A stretch of 64,000 nucleotides of DNA from Callorhinchus milii (GCF_018977255.1 NW_024704742.1:29700001-29764000); one strand, 5' to 3'. Counted from the first letter of the stretch, positions 23,235 to 36,376 are shown. Made by a program: numbers and translations. The notes: generated by a model from the letters alone, not told the origin.

Positions 23235-25789
23235 AAAGATGGGGCAACAAGCAGAGAATAAGAGCTGGTCAACCAGTTCTGGATTAGCATGCTTACTGAC
23301 CAGTTTCATTCCTCAGTGTGCACTAAATAGCACCTATCATTGTGTGGCCAACCACACAGCGATTAAAGCCGCTGTTAGCAGTAACGATTGATAAACCCAC
23401 AGCTGTGGGGGATGGCGGAGCAAGACTTGATTTTTGAAGCACTCTCTCAATATATGCCAAATAAATCAAATCAACTCTGAGCTAATGACACTCGCTTTCC
23501 TGCACAACAGCATCTAAAAGGCGAAACTGATTCCCTGGGGGGCAGAACACAAGCACCAGCTGGGCTCACGGATACAGGAGCAGAAACATTACAAAATACA
23601 CTGAGAAACAGCTCGCTCCCTCACTCTGCTCGCCCTCACTCTAGACACACACACGGATAAGACGGATAAACCCCCACAGCGTCATAAAATGCCATTGATT
23701 TGCTCCTGTTCTATAACTATGGCTGCTCTCACCCTCCGCAGAGCACGACCTGTCCTTGCTCATTCCGAATTGCATAGCCCTATCTCTGACTTCCCATGTG
23801 GTGGGGCCTTCTCGAATCTGGGAATTTGTTAGGCTTCTGGTGACTTGCTGAGACTTTAGCCTGAATGAAGGCACTGGGATGTTCTTACCTTAGACACGCC
23901 ACCACCCTCTCCCATATCTTGTGTCAGAACCTGCACAAGTTGCCGTCACAGACAGGGTAAAAGCCAAGAGAAAAATCACGTGTCAGTCCAACAAGAGAGT
24001 GGGGTCTCCACACTTAAAACCTACCACACGGCAAATCCTCCAACAAAGAACAAAGGCTTTCCTTACGCCATTCTCAAAAGGTGGCAGATGTCAAAAGAAA
24101 TTACCTAACCAGTACCATATTCCATGGTTATGAAGCCGACTCAAATGCATCTGAGAAAAGAGCAGAGATATATTGACAGAATTTCCTGAGAAGTCGTTTA
24201 TAACAACAACTTTAACTTATACAGCGTATCTTGAAGCGCTTAAGGTCTAATGCCCAGAAAAGGGGACCGTCACATGTTTCCTGCTTTGAAATCTCTTAAA
24301 AGGAAGGATAAGACAGAGATTTTCCTGCTTTAGGGTTAGGAACATAGAAACAGGAAGCTATTCAGCTCATTGAACCTGTTTTCATCAGTTTGTTAAATTG
24401 TGGCAGATCGTTTAATCCTGCAGCAGAGCCCTGGAGCCCTGTTAAAACATGGTAGTTGGGAAGGGGGTGCTTAAAATTCCAACCAGAGTTATAACAGGGA
24501 GTAACTACTGGTTAGCACTCCCCACTCATTGTGGTATATGAGGACAGCCGGCTACACATGCGATTCAACAGTCCGGGCGGCACACAGAAAGACAAAACGG
24601 ATGAATTTCGGGTCATTGGGTCCCTGTCAATGTCGCTTCCTGGGTCCAACAGGAAGTGACTCTGGCTGCATCCTGATGCCCAAGCGATCAACCATTTGTC
24701 TTCCTGTGCACTGGCTGGTGTTTTGAAGCGTGATGGAGCCACCGCATGAATTTTAGATTTTTCACATAAGGTCAGGATTCACACACCATAAGCGAGCAGG
24801 CGTTATAACCAAGCACTTTATAATGGAGGTGCTACTGTATTTCCCTGCCTTTTGCCCATACCCCTCGTGACCCTCACTGGCTGCCTTAAGCGTGGTTCTC
24901 ACAATATGAGAGCGGCAGGGTTATTTATGCCTACTGCCTATTGAAAAATGACACCGCAAAAGAAGCAACCAGTTTGTTTACATCGCTGATTCCTTGTTTT
25001 CAACCCAGGAATTGTCACGGATGCTCCTTTAACAGGCTTCATCTGTGCCACATTTGCGCAGATTCAATCTGCATAATCTGCGACGGAATCGTGCTCCCGT
25101 ATAAAATGTGCGGCAGCTTCTCTGCTGTTGAATTATACAGTGACTTAACTTAAAAAGGAAAACAGACAAATCTGCTAGAGCGATCTCTAGTCACTGAGTG
25201 GTGACATACCAGCACATGTAAAACATCTGTAAGCCTCAAGCGCAGGGTACAAAGGATGGGAAGAAAGTGGGACGTAACCCTTTAATTTGTTGATGCTGTC
25301 ACTGATATTATTGATCATGCAAGGTGGTATTCAAATAGCTGTTGAACCCATTATGACACTTGTATCTGCTGCTGATCTAAAACACAAGGGAAGCGCTCAT
25401 TTGTAGTGTGTGTCTCTGAACTGCTTCTGGGAAGAAACAATGTGCTTATCTACAAAACTGATCCAGGGGGCTGCATGACTTATTCATTTATCTTCTTTAA
25501 AGTGAAGTGGGGAGAGAGAAGGAGGAGGAAGAGGAGGAGGAGGAGGGAATGGGAGAATCAGTCTCGCCTATCCAGCAGGAGCATTTATTTATTTCAAATG
25601 TATTCTAAAGCGTTGCTGCTTCGTGTGAAGAGAAGGTAGTCTAGACCTGTGCCGAAACCTGCCACATGATAAGAGTAAAAGATCTCACTGCGTTATTCCA
25701 GCCATCCTTTCAATTAGTATCTCCTTACAACCTCTAAATATACATTCTCCCCTGATGGTCGAGAAGTCTGGAAGAGATCCTGTCCATTA

Positions 25790-25965
25790 GGGAACTCTGC
25801 CATAAAAACCAGGTGGGTCCCAGGTTCTCTCCCTGGCCTGTGCCGAGTTAGCCAACCTCAGTCAGGACAGGTAAGGGTTCTACATTTAACCCAGTATCCG
25901 TGATCTATAGAGAAAAAATCTCCCCAGTATTTCTGCTCCTCATTATGATCCATTGCTTCCCGCTT
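25790..25965 (+). mobile_element. Older SINE family copy (related pieces at about 28380-28550, 34190-34330, 34950-35040)
   Basis: Shared motif tcccaggttc...ctgtgccgagttagccaacctcagtcaggacag...aaaaaatc..ccag..tt.ctgctcct recurs at these sites. Family not named with certainty. Confidence 0.55.
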
Positions 25966-27099
25966 AAAAACAAGTTCAGAGGTCTGAAATTTCGGACTTA
26001 GACCTCGGTCACAAGTTTTAAGACTGTGTGGTGAAGTGTAGTAACTTTGTTTTCATAAGTAAATACCATTTTTTACTGGGTGTTTGTGTACAGGGAGGTT
26101 CCACAAACAGCCAGGAAGCCATTGGTCATTCACTTACTTCATGGCTATTTGTGAGAAACCGCAGTGTGCAGATTGGCTGCTGCCTTCACCTACAAAATAC
26201 ACAGTGACTGCACTTTGTAGTGCTTTGAGACATCTTCCCTATGTGAAAGGTGCTATACCAAAACCAAGGATTATTATTATTATTATTATTATGAAGTGAA
26301 TGATGAGTCTGTAGCTCTTGGGAGTCCTGGCCACAGATAGGAGTCAAAATGCCTTCAAGAGAGGAAGGATGGGGGAGAAAACGGCAGGAACAAGGAATTC
26401 AGCTCTGTATGTATCATACTACTCCTCTCACGAGCACTGATTGTTACTGCAGTCAGGTTTGATACGGAGCAAACATTCACCATTCCCAAATAGCTTCCCA
26501 AAGTGATGGTGCTACAGGTTTGTTGGAAGCATGTCTCTCTGACCAGCCCTCCTGAGGTGAGCCCCGAACTGGAGCTAAAGTTCTTCCCCAGAGAGACGGA
26601 AATCAGAGAGAGAGAGAATCTCCACTCATTCATGTAATTTACTAATATAAGATCAGGAATGGTCAGATGAGGTGGGGGAGGGGGTAAATCGGACTGTATT
26701 ACCCACCCTGTTGTAGGGAGTAAAGGAGCCTGGAAAAATATACATGATATTCTATCCTACATGGGAGTATCGTACTCTAACATGCCAGACTCATCGCAAG
26801 GCTCCCTTCACCACCACTCAGTAAAACGGTGGAGTTCACCAGCACACACCATCAAAAACACATTTAATAGCGTTCAACAGAGCTCAGAAACCTTCCGAAT
26901 ATATATTGTCTGGCCTCCTCAGATCAGCTGGTCACACAGAGTGCCTTTTGCTAGTCCCTTTGGTGTTTCACAGCATCCTTGCTTGCACTTCTGTAATTTG
27001 CTTACTTAGAATACTTCCCCTTAACATCTTTTAACATGTTTACTGCAGCAATGTAATCCTGGTGGCACTGCTTTGGGACACTGATCCAGGACACTGGCA

Positions 27100-27346
27100 G
27101 ACACACACACAGAAAGATATGCACAAATAAGAGACATACACACAGAGATAGAAAAATACACATACCGACAGAAAATTACATACACGCACAGATGCACATA
27201 CACTCACACACACCACACACATACACACACAAAAAACACATGCACAATTACTCCAACTCCTATATGAACACAGACAGACAGACAGACAGACAGACAGAAA
27301 CACACACAGATAGAAATATCCAGACAGACACCAACAGACAGACATG
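27100..27346. repeat. Degenerate CA/CAGA microsatellite on the inner side of the right inverted-repeat arm
   Basis: (CA)n/(CAGA)n runs mirroring the TG-rich run at 18156-18306. Confidence 0.85.
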
Positions 27347-27551
27347 CACAGAGTGCTCATTGGTCAAGGCTGAATGTGATAAACTGACAAGTCAATTGGT
27401 GTAAAAGGATCCGATTCCTTCACATGAATCATTCCTATACGGTCTCCAGCCGTGCAACGCAGCCTGCAGCTGTTGTCACGAATGCAGCAGAGTCACTCTC
27501 ACAGACAGACGAGTGATTCATACACTGGGAGACCTCACTGAGAGAATCACA
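27347..27551 (-). repeat. Right arm of 205-bp long-range inverted repeat
   Basis: Reverse complement of 17951-18155 with 5 substitutions. Confidence 0.95.
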
Positions 27552-28854
27552 TTTCATATTTTAGATATATGTGTCTACCAACACGCCCATCTGCGTAGCT
27601 GGTGAATACTGCAGGTGTGATTTTCATTTCGGATTGATTGGGAGGAGCTTGTTGCAGTTAGAATCACAAGCCATAAAAAGGTACAGCGAGTGGTTTTAAT
27701 ATGAACAGGGATACACTCTCCCCACCCCCACCCTCCCACCCCCCTCCTTGTACTTTAACAAAGATTTCAATTTAGAATTCAGATCACAGCACGGACATAA
27801 AGTGGGACAGACTGAAATAAATGGCTCACTGATGAACCAATTGCTGGCAACACAGAGGCACGCGTGTACAGTGTGCTGGGATTATTATTGGGTTAAAACC
27901 ATACAGGTTGGCCAGTGATGCAGTGTTGCATCCTGCTTTGTGTGTGGTTTTTTTCCACTACAATTTATCTTTAAACCAATCCTCCAAAGGTCGGTGCAGA
28001 ATATTCCTGAGGCAAACTGCGGAGACAAAAGATTTCACGTTTTCGCCAGAGTGAACCTGCATTAAAAGGCTTCAAGAAAATACTCTTCTTACTTATGTCT
28101 TTTCACTTTTGTCTAACAAACACGGATGTCTTAATATTGTTGGTGACAGTCACCGGCAATGTATGCGTTATCTGATATTTTCTTCCTGGTGGGCGATCTT
28201 GCCAAAGCAAATAGTCGTCACATTTCCCTACAGAAAGTCACTCCACTTGACTTAACAACTCGTGAAGCACTTTGAAATCTTCTGATGTTACAAAGTGCTG
28301 TACAAATGCGAGTCTAGTTTTCCTTCCCTTCGTCATTTCTTTCTACTCCACCCAACGCCTCAGGTAGTAACGTTATCGATTAACGTGGAACTGAGCCATA
28401 CAGATCCAGAATGTCGCAGGTGCCAATCCTGCTCTGTGTTAAATTAGTTGCTCTGAGCCAGGGCAGCAGGGGCACTAAAACTGGCCTCGGTGCCCCCGAT
28501 TAAGGACAAGAACAATCAGACAAGAATCTCTATTAGAGATCCCTGCTGGGTGTTTCAACAACAACTTGCTTTTATATAGCGCCCTTCACATGGATAACAT
28601 CTTGGAGCACTGCACAATGGCAGGGTTGGACACTGAGCGAAGGAGAGGGGGATGTGACCATAGGTGCAGTTTTAGAGGTAGGCTTTCAGGTTGGATTTAA
28701 AGTTAAATAATTGGGGGTCAAGGCGGAAGGATTGAGACAAGGAGTTACAGAGATTAGGGGTGTATTGGCTGAAGGAACGACCACCGATGGTGTCACCGGA
28801 TCCAGTTCAGCTGACATTTCGCCCCCCCCCATTCCCCTCCTTTTTTAGCTAGGT

Positions 28855-29055
28855 CATTTAGGAGTGAAATCGGGAAGCACTTTTTCACACAGAGGGCAAT
28901 GGAAATCTGGAACTCTCTCCTCCAAAAGGCTAGGAAGGGTATGAAGAAATATGGATCAAAAGCAGGTAACTGGAGTTGAGGTACAGATAAGCCATAATCT
29001 AATAGAATGACGGATCAGGATTAAGGGTCTGAATGGCCTACTCCTTTTCCTATCC
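28855..29055 (+). mobile_element. CR1 LINE 3' fragment with internal deletion
   Basis: gaagcacttttttcacacagagggcaatggaaatctggaactctctcc...gggtctgaatggcctactcct. Confidence 0.8.
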
Positions 29056-30725
29056 CACCACACAAGGTTTAACAGTTAGCTCACATTCATTGTCTGGGAA
29101 TTCAGCATTAATATCAGGAAATCGGGCTGATAGCTGATGGTTTTTGAATGGTACCCCAGCAAAGACTCAGCCAGGCTGTGCCTTCAGGTGAGGAACAAAG
29201 GAGATTGGAAAGGAAGAAAAAGAAACAAGAGTCCTTATATCCCAAAGGGATAATGGAATGGCTGGAGACTACTCTCTCCCACAATTAAGACTGAACCCAA
29301 TGAAGTCCTTGGAGTCGGACTGGGATGACCTGAAAGGAGACGCTGGATCTTAGTCGCTGACTTTCTAAAATAAAGCAACACGTTCAAATAAACCAACAAG
29401 GGGTACGTTGTGAAGCGATAATCACAGAAAGGTCTCCCGTGTTTTGATAAGCACTTCAGTGGTACACTGCTGCTAATTGGTCTCAACTGAAACCCTCGGG
29501 AACTGCATTTTTGAATACTTTCGACCACTAAAATATCCAGCAATTAGGAAACTTAAAACCATGGTTGTGGGTTTTTATTGTGTCAATTGCATTTGATTTA
29601 AAAACATGTTAAGTCACCACACGAACAGGAGTTTATTTAGGTACGGAATCACTTTACAACAGCGGAACAGCGCTGTTGCGGTTGAGTAAGAAATCGGTCG
29701 GATATTGTCGGCAGTTCCAGAGAGGCTGGCTGACTGGCTCTTCTACTCAGCTCAGGTTTTCTAATTCAGGCTTTGTTTTTTTTTGTTGACGGAGTTGGGG
29801 GTGGGGGGGATAAGAGAGAGGAGCATTGAATTGTCTTTAATGCAAGTTTTTAAGGTGAGATGTTAAACTGAGATCCGGGCTGCTCCGTTCAGGTGGGCAA
29901 TAAAAAGAAACACTGCACTGTAGTTTGCCCTCACATCATAGACAGCAATCCTCCACATGAACTGGTCGGTTGCTTCACGGCTGTTTGTGGGACTTTGCTG
30001 TGCATAAGATATTTGCCAAGATAAAACAGTCGCTTTACCGCATTAGTGTAATTTCGAAAATGGTTACTTTTAAGAATTGCTGTAAAAGTGGGTTTAATGT
30101 TAAGACTGAATTAGCAACGAATATTCCACAATTATTGCACCATGTGGTTTTTGAGCCAAATCGGGTATCAAAGAGACTTAACTCTTTGAGAGTGGGATTT
30201 CGAGCACGCCCATTTCGGGGTTTACAGCGAATCCTGCGAAGCTCTCTGAGACGTGTTCCTGACACGAGAGACTACACCAAATGTAAGGACTATTATTGCT
30301 ATTCTCCTCTAGTGGTAAAGGTATCAACTCTTGCTGGAGGGAGTGTGAAGCGATTTCCCAGTGTGCAAGCTCTCTGCCAAAAGACAGTATATTTGCCAAC
30401 AACTAGAGAACAATCCCCTGCGAGTCCGTGAGCGGAGGCATCGCTCCCTTTGCAGGCTGCTGGCAGCGCTCGCTGCAGATCATATCTCAGCTTTCCCTAT
30501 CGCTTGCTGTCTGCATCGTGACTGGAATAAAACACCTCGGAATAAACCAGACTCATTAAACTTTATGGATTGTAAGAAGCTCCGTGCTAAACAGTGGTGC
30601 TTTAAAATAAAGCACAGAATCTGCGTTGGAGGTGTTTCACAGTAATAGTAAGCCAGGATTACTGCACTATGTTCAAGACAATTTTATGTATCCACCAACG
30701 CAGCCAGGAATAACTGATAAATCAG

Positions 30726-31150
30726 TAATAATAAAAATAATATCTGCATTTGATAAGTCACCTATTTATGTCAAAATGTCTCAAAGCGCTTCAGAGTTTT
30801 CTATGAAATGTAGTGACCACGCATGTTTGGGGAAACATGGCAGCCAATTTGTGCGTGGCAATGTCCCACAAACAGCCATGAAGAGAATGACCAATTTTTT
30901 ATCTGAAAGGATTGCTGGTCAGGACACGAGGAGAAACTCCCTTCTCTTTTTGAACATGGGGATCTTTAACATCCACCTGAACAAGCAGATGGAACCTCGG
31001 TTTAACATCTCATCTGAAAAGCGATACCTCTGCAAATGCAGTGTCCCCCACCCTTCGCCCACACCAGCACTGTACTGGAGTGTCAGACTAGATTATGAGC
31101 TTAGTCCCTGATGTTGTGCTTGAACCTTCTGACTCAAGAGAGCTACCAGG
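30726..31150 (-). mobile_element. SacSINE1/Deu-like SINE, near full length
   Basis: Tail, ggcagccaatttgtgcg...aatgtcccacaaacagc, catgggatctttaacatccacctga, and head remnants. Confidence 0.8.
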
Positions 31151-31374
31151 CTCTTTTAGACACGTCATTACAGTGCTCTTTTATATGTACTCTTATACCT
31201 GCTCTCCCACAGGATTCATGACGTGGTTACAACTGAGGAGGAATTTTTGGTGAGGCCAAAGGTTAACAGGCCCAGAGAAACGTTTACAAAGTTCAGAGCT
31301 CATGCACCACAGATTTCAGAGTTACAGCCAACTCCTCAGAAACTGCGCAGCTGCTACATTAATTACCTAGGCAC

Positions 31375-32165
31375 GGCGAGGAGAGACAGCGAGAGAGAGA
31401 AAGAGACTGGGAGAGAGAAAGAGAAGGAGGCGGGAAGATATTGAGGGGCACAACGTGAGAGAAAGAAAAAGGGTATGGAAGCGAAAGAGAGTGGGAGAGA
31501 GTACTGAAGGAACCGGGAGAGAGAGTGAGAGACAGACTGAGAGGGGAACCAGCGAGAAAGACATTAGGAGAGACAGAGAGAGAGAAAAAGTAAGAGAGAG
31601 GCAGGTGAGATAGATAGTGACAGAGACAGTGAGCAGACAGAGAGGAGAGACAGTATGGGGAGACAGTGAGAGAGTCAGTGAGAGAGGCATAATGTGAGAG
31701 AGAGAGAATAAACAATTTTACAACAATTGACATTTATATAATACGTTTCACATCAGGAGGTCGTCTTAAAGCATTTTGTAACAGAAGATAATAAGGGGCA
31801 GAGTGAGAGACAGAAAGTCAGAGAGAAGAAAACGAGAGCGGGAGAATACTGAGGACACTGCAAGACAGAGCAAGAGAGAGAACGGAAAGATACTGAGGGG
31901 CACAACGTGAGAGAAGGAGAAAAAAGAGAACAAAAGCATGCGACTGAGAGGGCGGGGGGTGTGGGGTACAGGGAGAGAGAGGGAGGGCTCTGGGGGAGAG
32001 AGAGAGAGAGAGAGAGAGGAGGGAAGATATTGAGGGGCACAACGTGAGAGAAAGAAAAAGGGAATAGAAGCGAGAGAGAGTGAGAGAGAGTACTGAGAGA
32101 ACTGGGAGAGAGAAAAGGGAGGATGCCGAGGGGCACAAAGAGAGAGAAAGAGAGAGAGAAGAGTC
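31375..32165. repeat. GA-rich low-complexity region containing a repeated unit of about 90 bp
   Basis: ggaagatattgaggggcacaacgtgagagaaagaaaaaggg at about 31432 and 32021, with partial copies at about 31884 and 32121. Confidence 0.85.
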
Positions 32166-32844
32166 ATCATGAGCTCCTTAACACAGTAAACGCAAGACTG
32201 CAGGGCTGCTCTGTGGGCCCCTCAGTGATTGATTTCAGTAATGACAGGGTTTTGTGACTTTTCAGTGGCGAGTAATAGCTGGGTGAATGGGCAGAGGAAG
32301 GTACTTGCTGTGCAAATGAATGACTAATGAATTTGCCGCTCTTTAAAGGACAATACTCTGCTGGTTTGTCCCTTTTTTAATCTCTCCGCCGCAGTGTCCT
32401 CACAATTACTGGAACTGTTCGCTGCTATGGCATTGGATGGAAATCTGATTAACATGTGACTTACTGCCAGTGGTTTAGGTTTAAGCACAACATCCCTCAT
32501 CAAGCATTTGTGTTAAGTAAAGAGATGAGATTTTTGTCACCGTACAGTATACCCTGTGAAGCATTCTGAGACGTCCTCCTAAGGTGCTGTATCAAATGTA
32601 AGGAATATTATTAACATTTGACCCCGGCAAATCACAATTTAAAAAATAATTTTGCTTCCTCTGCTCCTCAAAAGGCTGATTCGACGGGATATACCAATTG
32701 TAAGGATGGTTATTATACGATTTCATGGGTACCAGCCGTGCACTACAACTCTTACCCAATTACCTGCTGTTTATCTTGTGTGGGTGCGGCTGGCAGGTGG
32801 ACATCACACAGGTGGTCCTCATTCTGTTCTCAGTGATAGCTTTC

Positions 32845-33075
32845 CCAACAACAACTTGCATTTACATAGCGCCCTTCATGTGGGGTAGTGTCTCGGAGAG
32901 CTTAACAATGGTAGAGCTTGACGCCGAGCCGGGGAGAAAGGGGAGATGACCCTAGGCACGGTCGAAGAGGAAAGTCTTCGTGCAATCTGAAGCCGGACAA
33001 AGAGGGAGCAAAGTAGAGAGATTGAGGAAGGGAGTCTGCCAACGCATTGCCCCCAAACACTGCCCCATCTAAAAT
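32845..33075 (-). mobile_element. L2 LINE 3' fragment
   Basis: caacaacaacttgcatttacatagcgcccttcatg...ggcacggtcgaagagg. Confidence 0.7.
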
Positions 33076-36000
33076 CAGCTAACCCAGCACGGACCACGGT
33101 TTGAACCAGGCATTTTCCTGTCCAGTACGCCGTGGTATAACATCGAACAGTACCAGCAACTCCCGGTTGCTCTCCCCCATCTCCTAAAAGAAAAACCTCC
33201 TAAATAAAAGCAGCTAAAATATGTGGATGATTTCATAAATTTCCATATTTCAACCAACTGCTTGTATCACTGATTTCCANTTTTTTTGCATAATGTTCTT
33301 ATCAGTTAATACACATCTGTCAATCTTGTTAATTCTCACCTGGACTGTTACTTCCCAGATACATGTATTTTCATGATCTGCATTGCCATCAGCAATTTTT
33401 CCTATTCGGAGGGGAGGAAGAAAACATACACAACACACATGATCTCTATTTATCTGAGGAGCATGTTTGCCAAGTGAAGGAATGCAGCTAGGTTGTGATA
33501 ACTTCTTATCAGACAATAGTCGGAGTGAGAAAAGCAGGGGGGAAAAAAAAACAGGCCAGTTTGTGCGCAGAGAATTCGACACATCGTTATATGCAACAAC
33601 ATTTCCAGACAAGGTGATGCTGAATATTTGGATCTCCGAATGAGATTTTGGGCACATTAAATCATACTGGCACTCTGAACTCCCCATGTCAGAGCAGGGA
33701 GAAATGATAAGAGGAGTGAAACTGCATAAATAAAAGATTAGCTTCTTTCCCATTTCCTGAAGCACATTGAAATCTTCCAGCCAAGCTTGGATCTTTGCAA
33801 AGTGATTTGTTAATATTATTCATAATGTACTGATTTACCATAAATCAGCATGAAAATTAACATTACTGATTTGGGGCTCTTTCCGTCTACAATGTTCGGT
33901 GTATTTAGCATTTTGTGCAAAGATCAATAGTAATCTCCTTTTGGATTCATTGAACTGTGTTGGGCATACTGTCCTTTGGAGGTGAGGGGGGAGGGGTGTG
34001 GGTGGGTGGGGGGGTGGAGGAGAATGAACGTCAAAGAGAATTCCTGATCGAAATTAAGAAACATCCATGTTTTGGAGTCTTGTCTTGGGATCATGTAGAT
34101 TGAGAATGGCAGATCTCTTAGAAAGAAAACCCTAAACTCCTCTGATACCTCAGCGTGAGACAACACAAGACAGATAGATGACAACGGTCACAGGTTTCAA
34201 CCCCTGCCAATAGCTGTGGGCTGCTACACTGGGCCTCGAAGGAGAAAATTCAGCCAGGATTCTGCTTCTAAAAGCTATTACATGTGTCCCATGCAAAATG
34301 TGGATATCAGGGAACGAAAGGATTTGGCTCAACTGTGATCCCTTCCCCTCTCACACACACACACACTCATACTATTACATTTGCACACTGACTGTTCTGG
34401 CTCACATACAGATAACACTTGGATGCAATTTTGGTGAGAGACTGACCAGCCTGTGGAACAATATAGCAGTCAATTTTAATGCACTTTCTAAACCTTTTTA
34501 CCTTCCTCTACATCTCCAATGCTAGATTATGGTTCCGTGGACATACATCCTGTACCTTAACCAAGCAGACACTCTTTACGTAATGTGCAAGCCTAGTCTG
34601 TGAACGTCTGTAGCTGTTTCTGGTGTTTTGACAAAAAATTGGAAAATTTGAAGTGGGAGGTGACGAATGCGTGACTGATGGTTTCAGATGGATTGGGTGT
34701 GAGGTATATAAGTGAAATTCAGCGTTATACATAGTGCCTTTGGCGATTAGCAACTATAACGGAAAATCCCATTAATGTCTGACATCATGACACACGATGT
34801 ATACAGTACACTGAATGGACAATGAAGTGCACAGTAATTGTAGTGTACAATCTCTGCGATGCTCCCCAATGACTCAGTTGGTAAAGCCAATTGTGAAAAT
34901 GAGACATAAGGCGCTATATTAAAGGCAAGGATTATTATTATATCACTGTCTGGAAGGTTTGATTCCTAGTCGGTGCCAGTCTACCTGATCTCAGCCAGGG
35001 CAGTAAGGAGGGGCCCTACAATTCACCTCAGTGGCACTGCTCACATCTTCGTTTTTTCCCAAGCTCTTAAAACAACCTCGACTACATGTCATTCAGTTGA
35101 CCAGGTTGTTAAAACTGATACAATCAAAGTGGTAAACATGGGTGAGTTCCAGCGCACGTTAGCAACAGGACAGCAAAGTTCACCAGAAGTCAATGCTTCA
35201 AACTTCAGCCAAGCCTCCAGCGATGAGATAGTAGGGGCCCTTTTCAGGGTAATCTGCCTGCTAAGCATAGCCAAGGGCTTTCGCCTTGATATGTGTCAAC
35301 ATCATCTCCCCCTCCTCACATTATCTGTATTATCTGTAACACCTGACGGTATCAACCAGGAGACATCATGGACACAAAGTTGAGAGAAGATGAGCAAAAT
35401 AACGGAAACATTATCAAAGTATTGTTGCAATTTTTTCTCCAACCCTTTCTCTTTTCAAATAATGCCAGAACAGGAAGACAGGACATTTAACACACATTCA
35501 TCCTCAGACAATGTAGCCCTTTCTGGCACTGCAATAGGAGTGTCAGCCTAGGCAATGAGCTCAAAGACTCAAACTGGGGCTTTAACCCACATCTACTGTG
35601 TCAGTCTGATGAGGAAAACGATCATTGTTCTTTAGGTGGCTGCTTGAAACATTCCAGGATTTCTTCAATTTCTTTCCTAAAAAGTTGTTTTCCCTCAAAA
35701 AGGGAATGCAGCAGCTTCACCTGAAGAGCATGAGGAAGAGCTGAGCTATTTCACCAAGCTTCCATACAGAACAGACATCCATCGCCAGGAGCAGTCATTT
35801 TGTGATTTGAGTAAGATGTGATAAGGAGCTATATCAAATGTAAGAATTATTATTATTATCTGCAGGGAGTGGATTGTTGGAATCAATGCAGCCACTGCTA
35901 TTTCCACAGTTTTCGTGAAAATAAGCCCAGATGGGAAAGGAATGCCAATCGCTGCATCCCATTTCCTTCATGATATTCCTTGCATTTGATATAATGCATT

Positions 36001-36376
36001 ATCACGTCATTGAGGTTTCTCAAAGGACTTCACAGGATATACTGTAAAGTGTAATATAATGTGTATTTCATGGGTGAACATGGCAGCCAATTTAGACAGC
36101 AATGTCCAATAAACACCATTGTGTGAATGACCAATTTTTTTATTCATATATTTTGGATATATAGTATAAATCACAGATGGGAAGAATAAATGTATTGCTT
36201 GAATTCAATGTTGAGCGTTGCGCTGATCCAGTTACTGTAGCAATACAATAGGACTATCCTTTTTGTCCCGTATCTAAGGCTGCCTACTAGAGGAGCAGTA
36301 TATAGCTCGAGAGTGAGTTACACAATCCTTGAATTTAGTATAAGTGCCTATAACGCTGAAACATCTCAAAAACAGC

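Noticed and set aside
17951..27551. Autonomous 9.6-kb DNA transposon defined by the 205-bp inverted repeats
   Set aside because: No transposase ORF, no TSD, and the interior is old intronic sequence; kept as an unexplained inverted repeat instead.
30190..30245. tRNA-like T-arm on the minus strand (ggcgtgctcgaaatcccact)
   Set aside because: No D arm or acceptor stem could be built and it sits within a degraded SINE.
31359..32170. Several 100-134 aa minus-strand ORFs
   Set aside because: GA/CT microsatellite artefacts.
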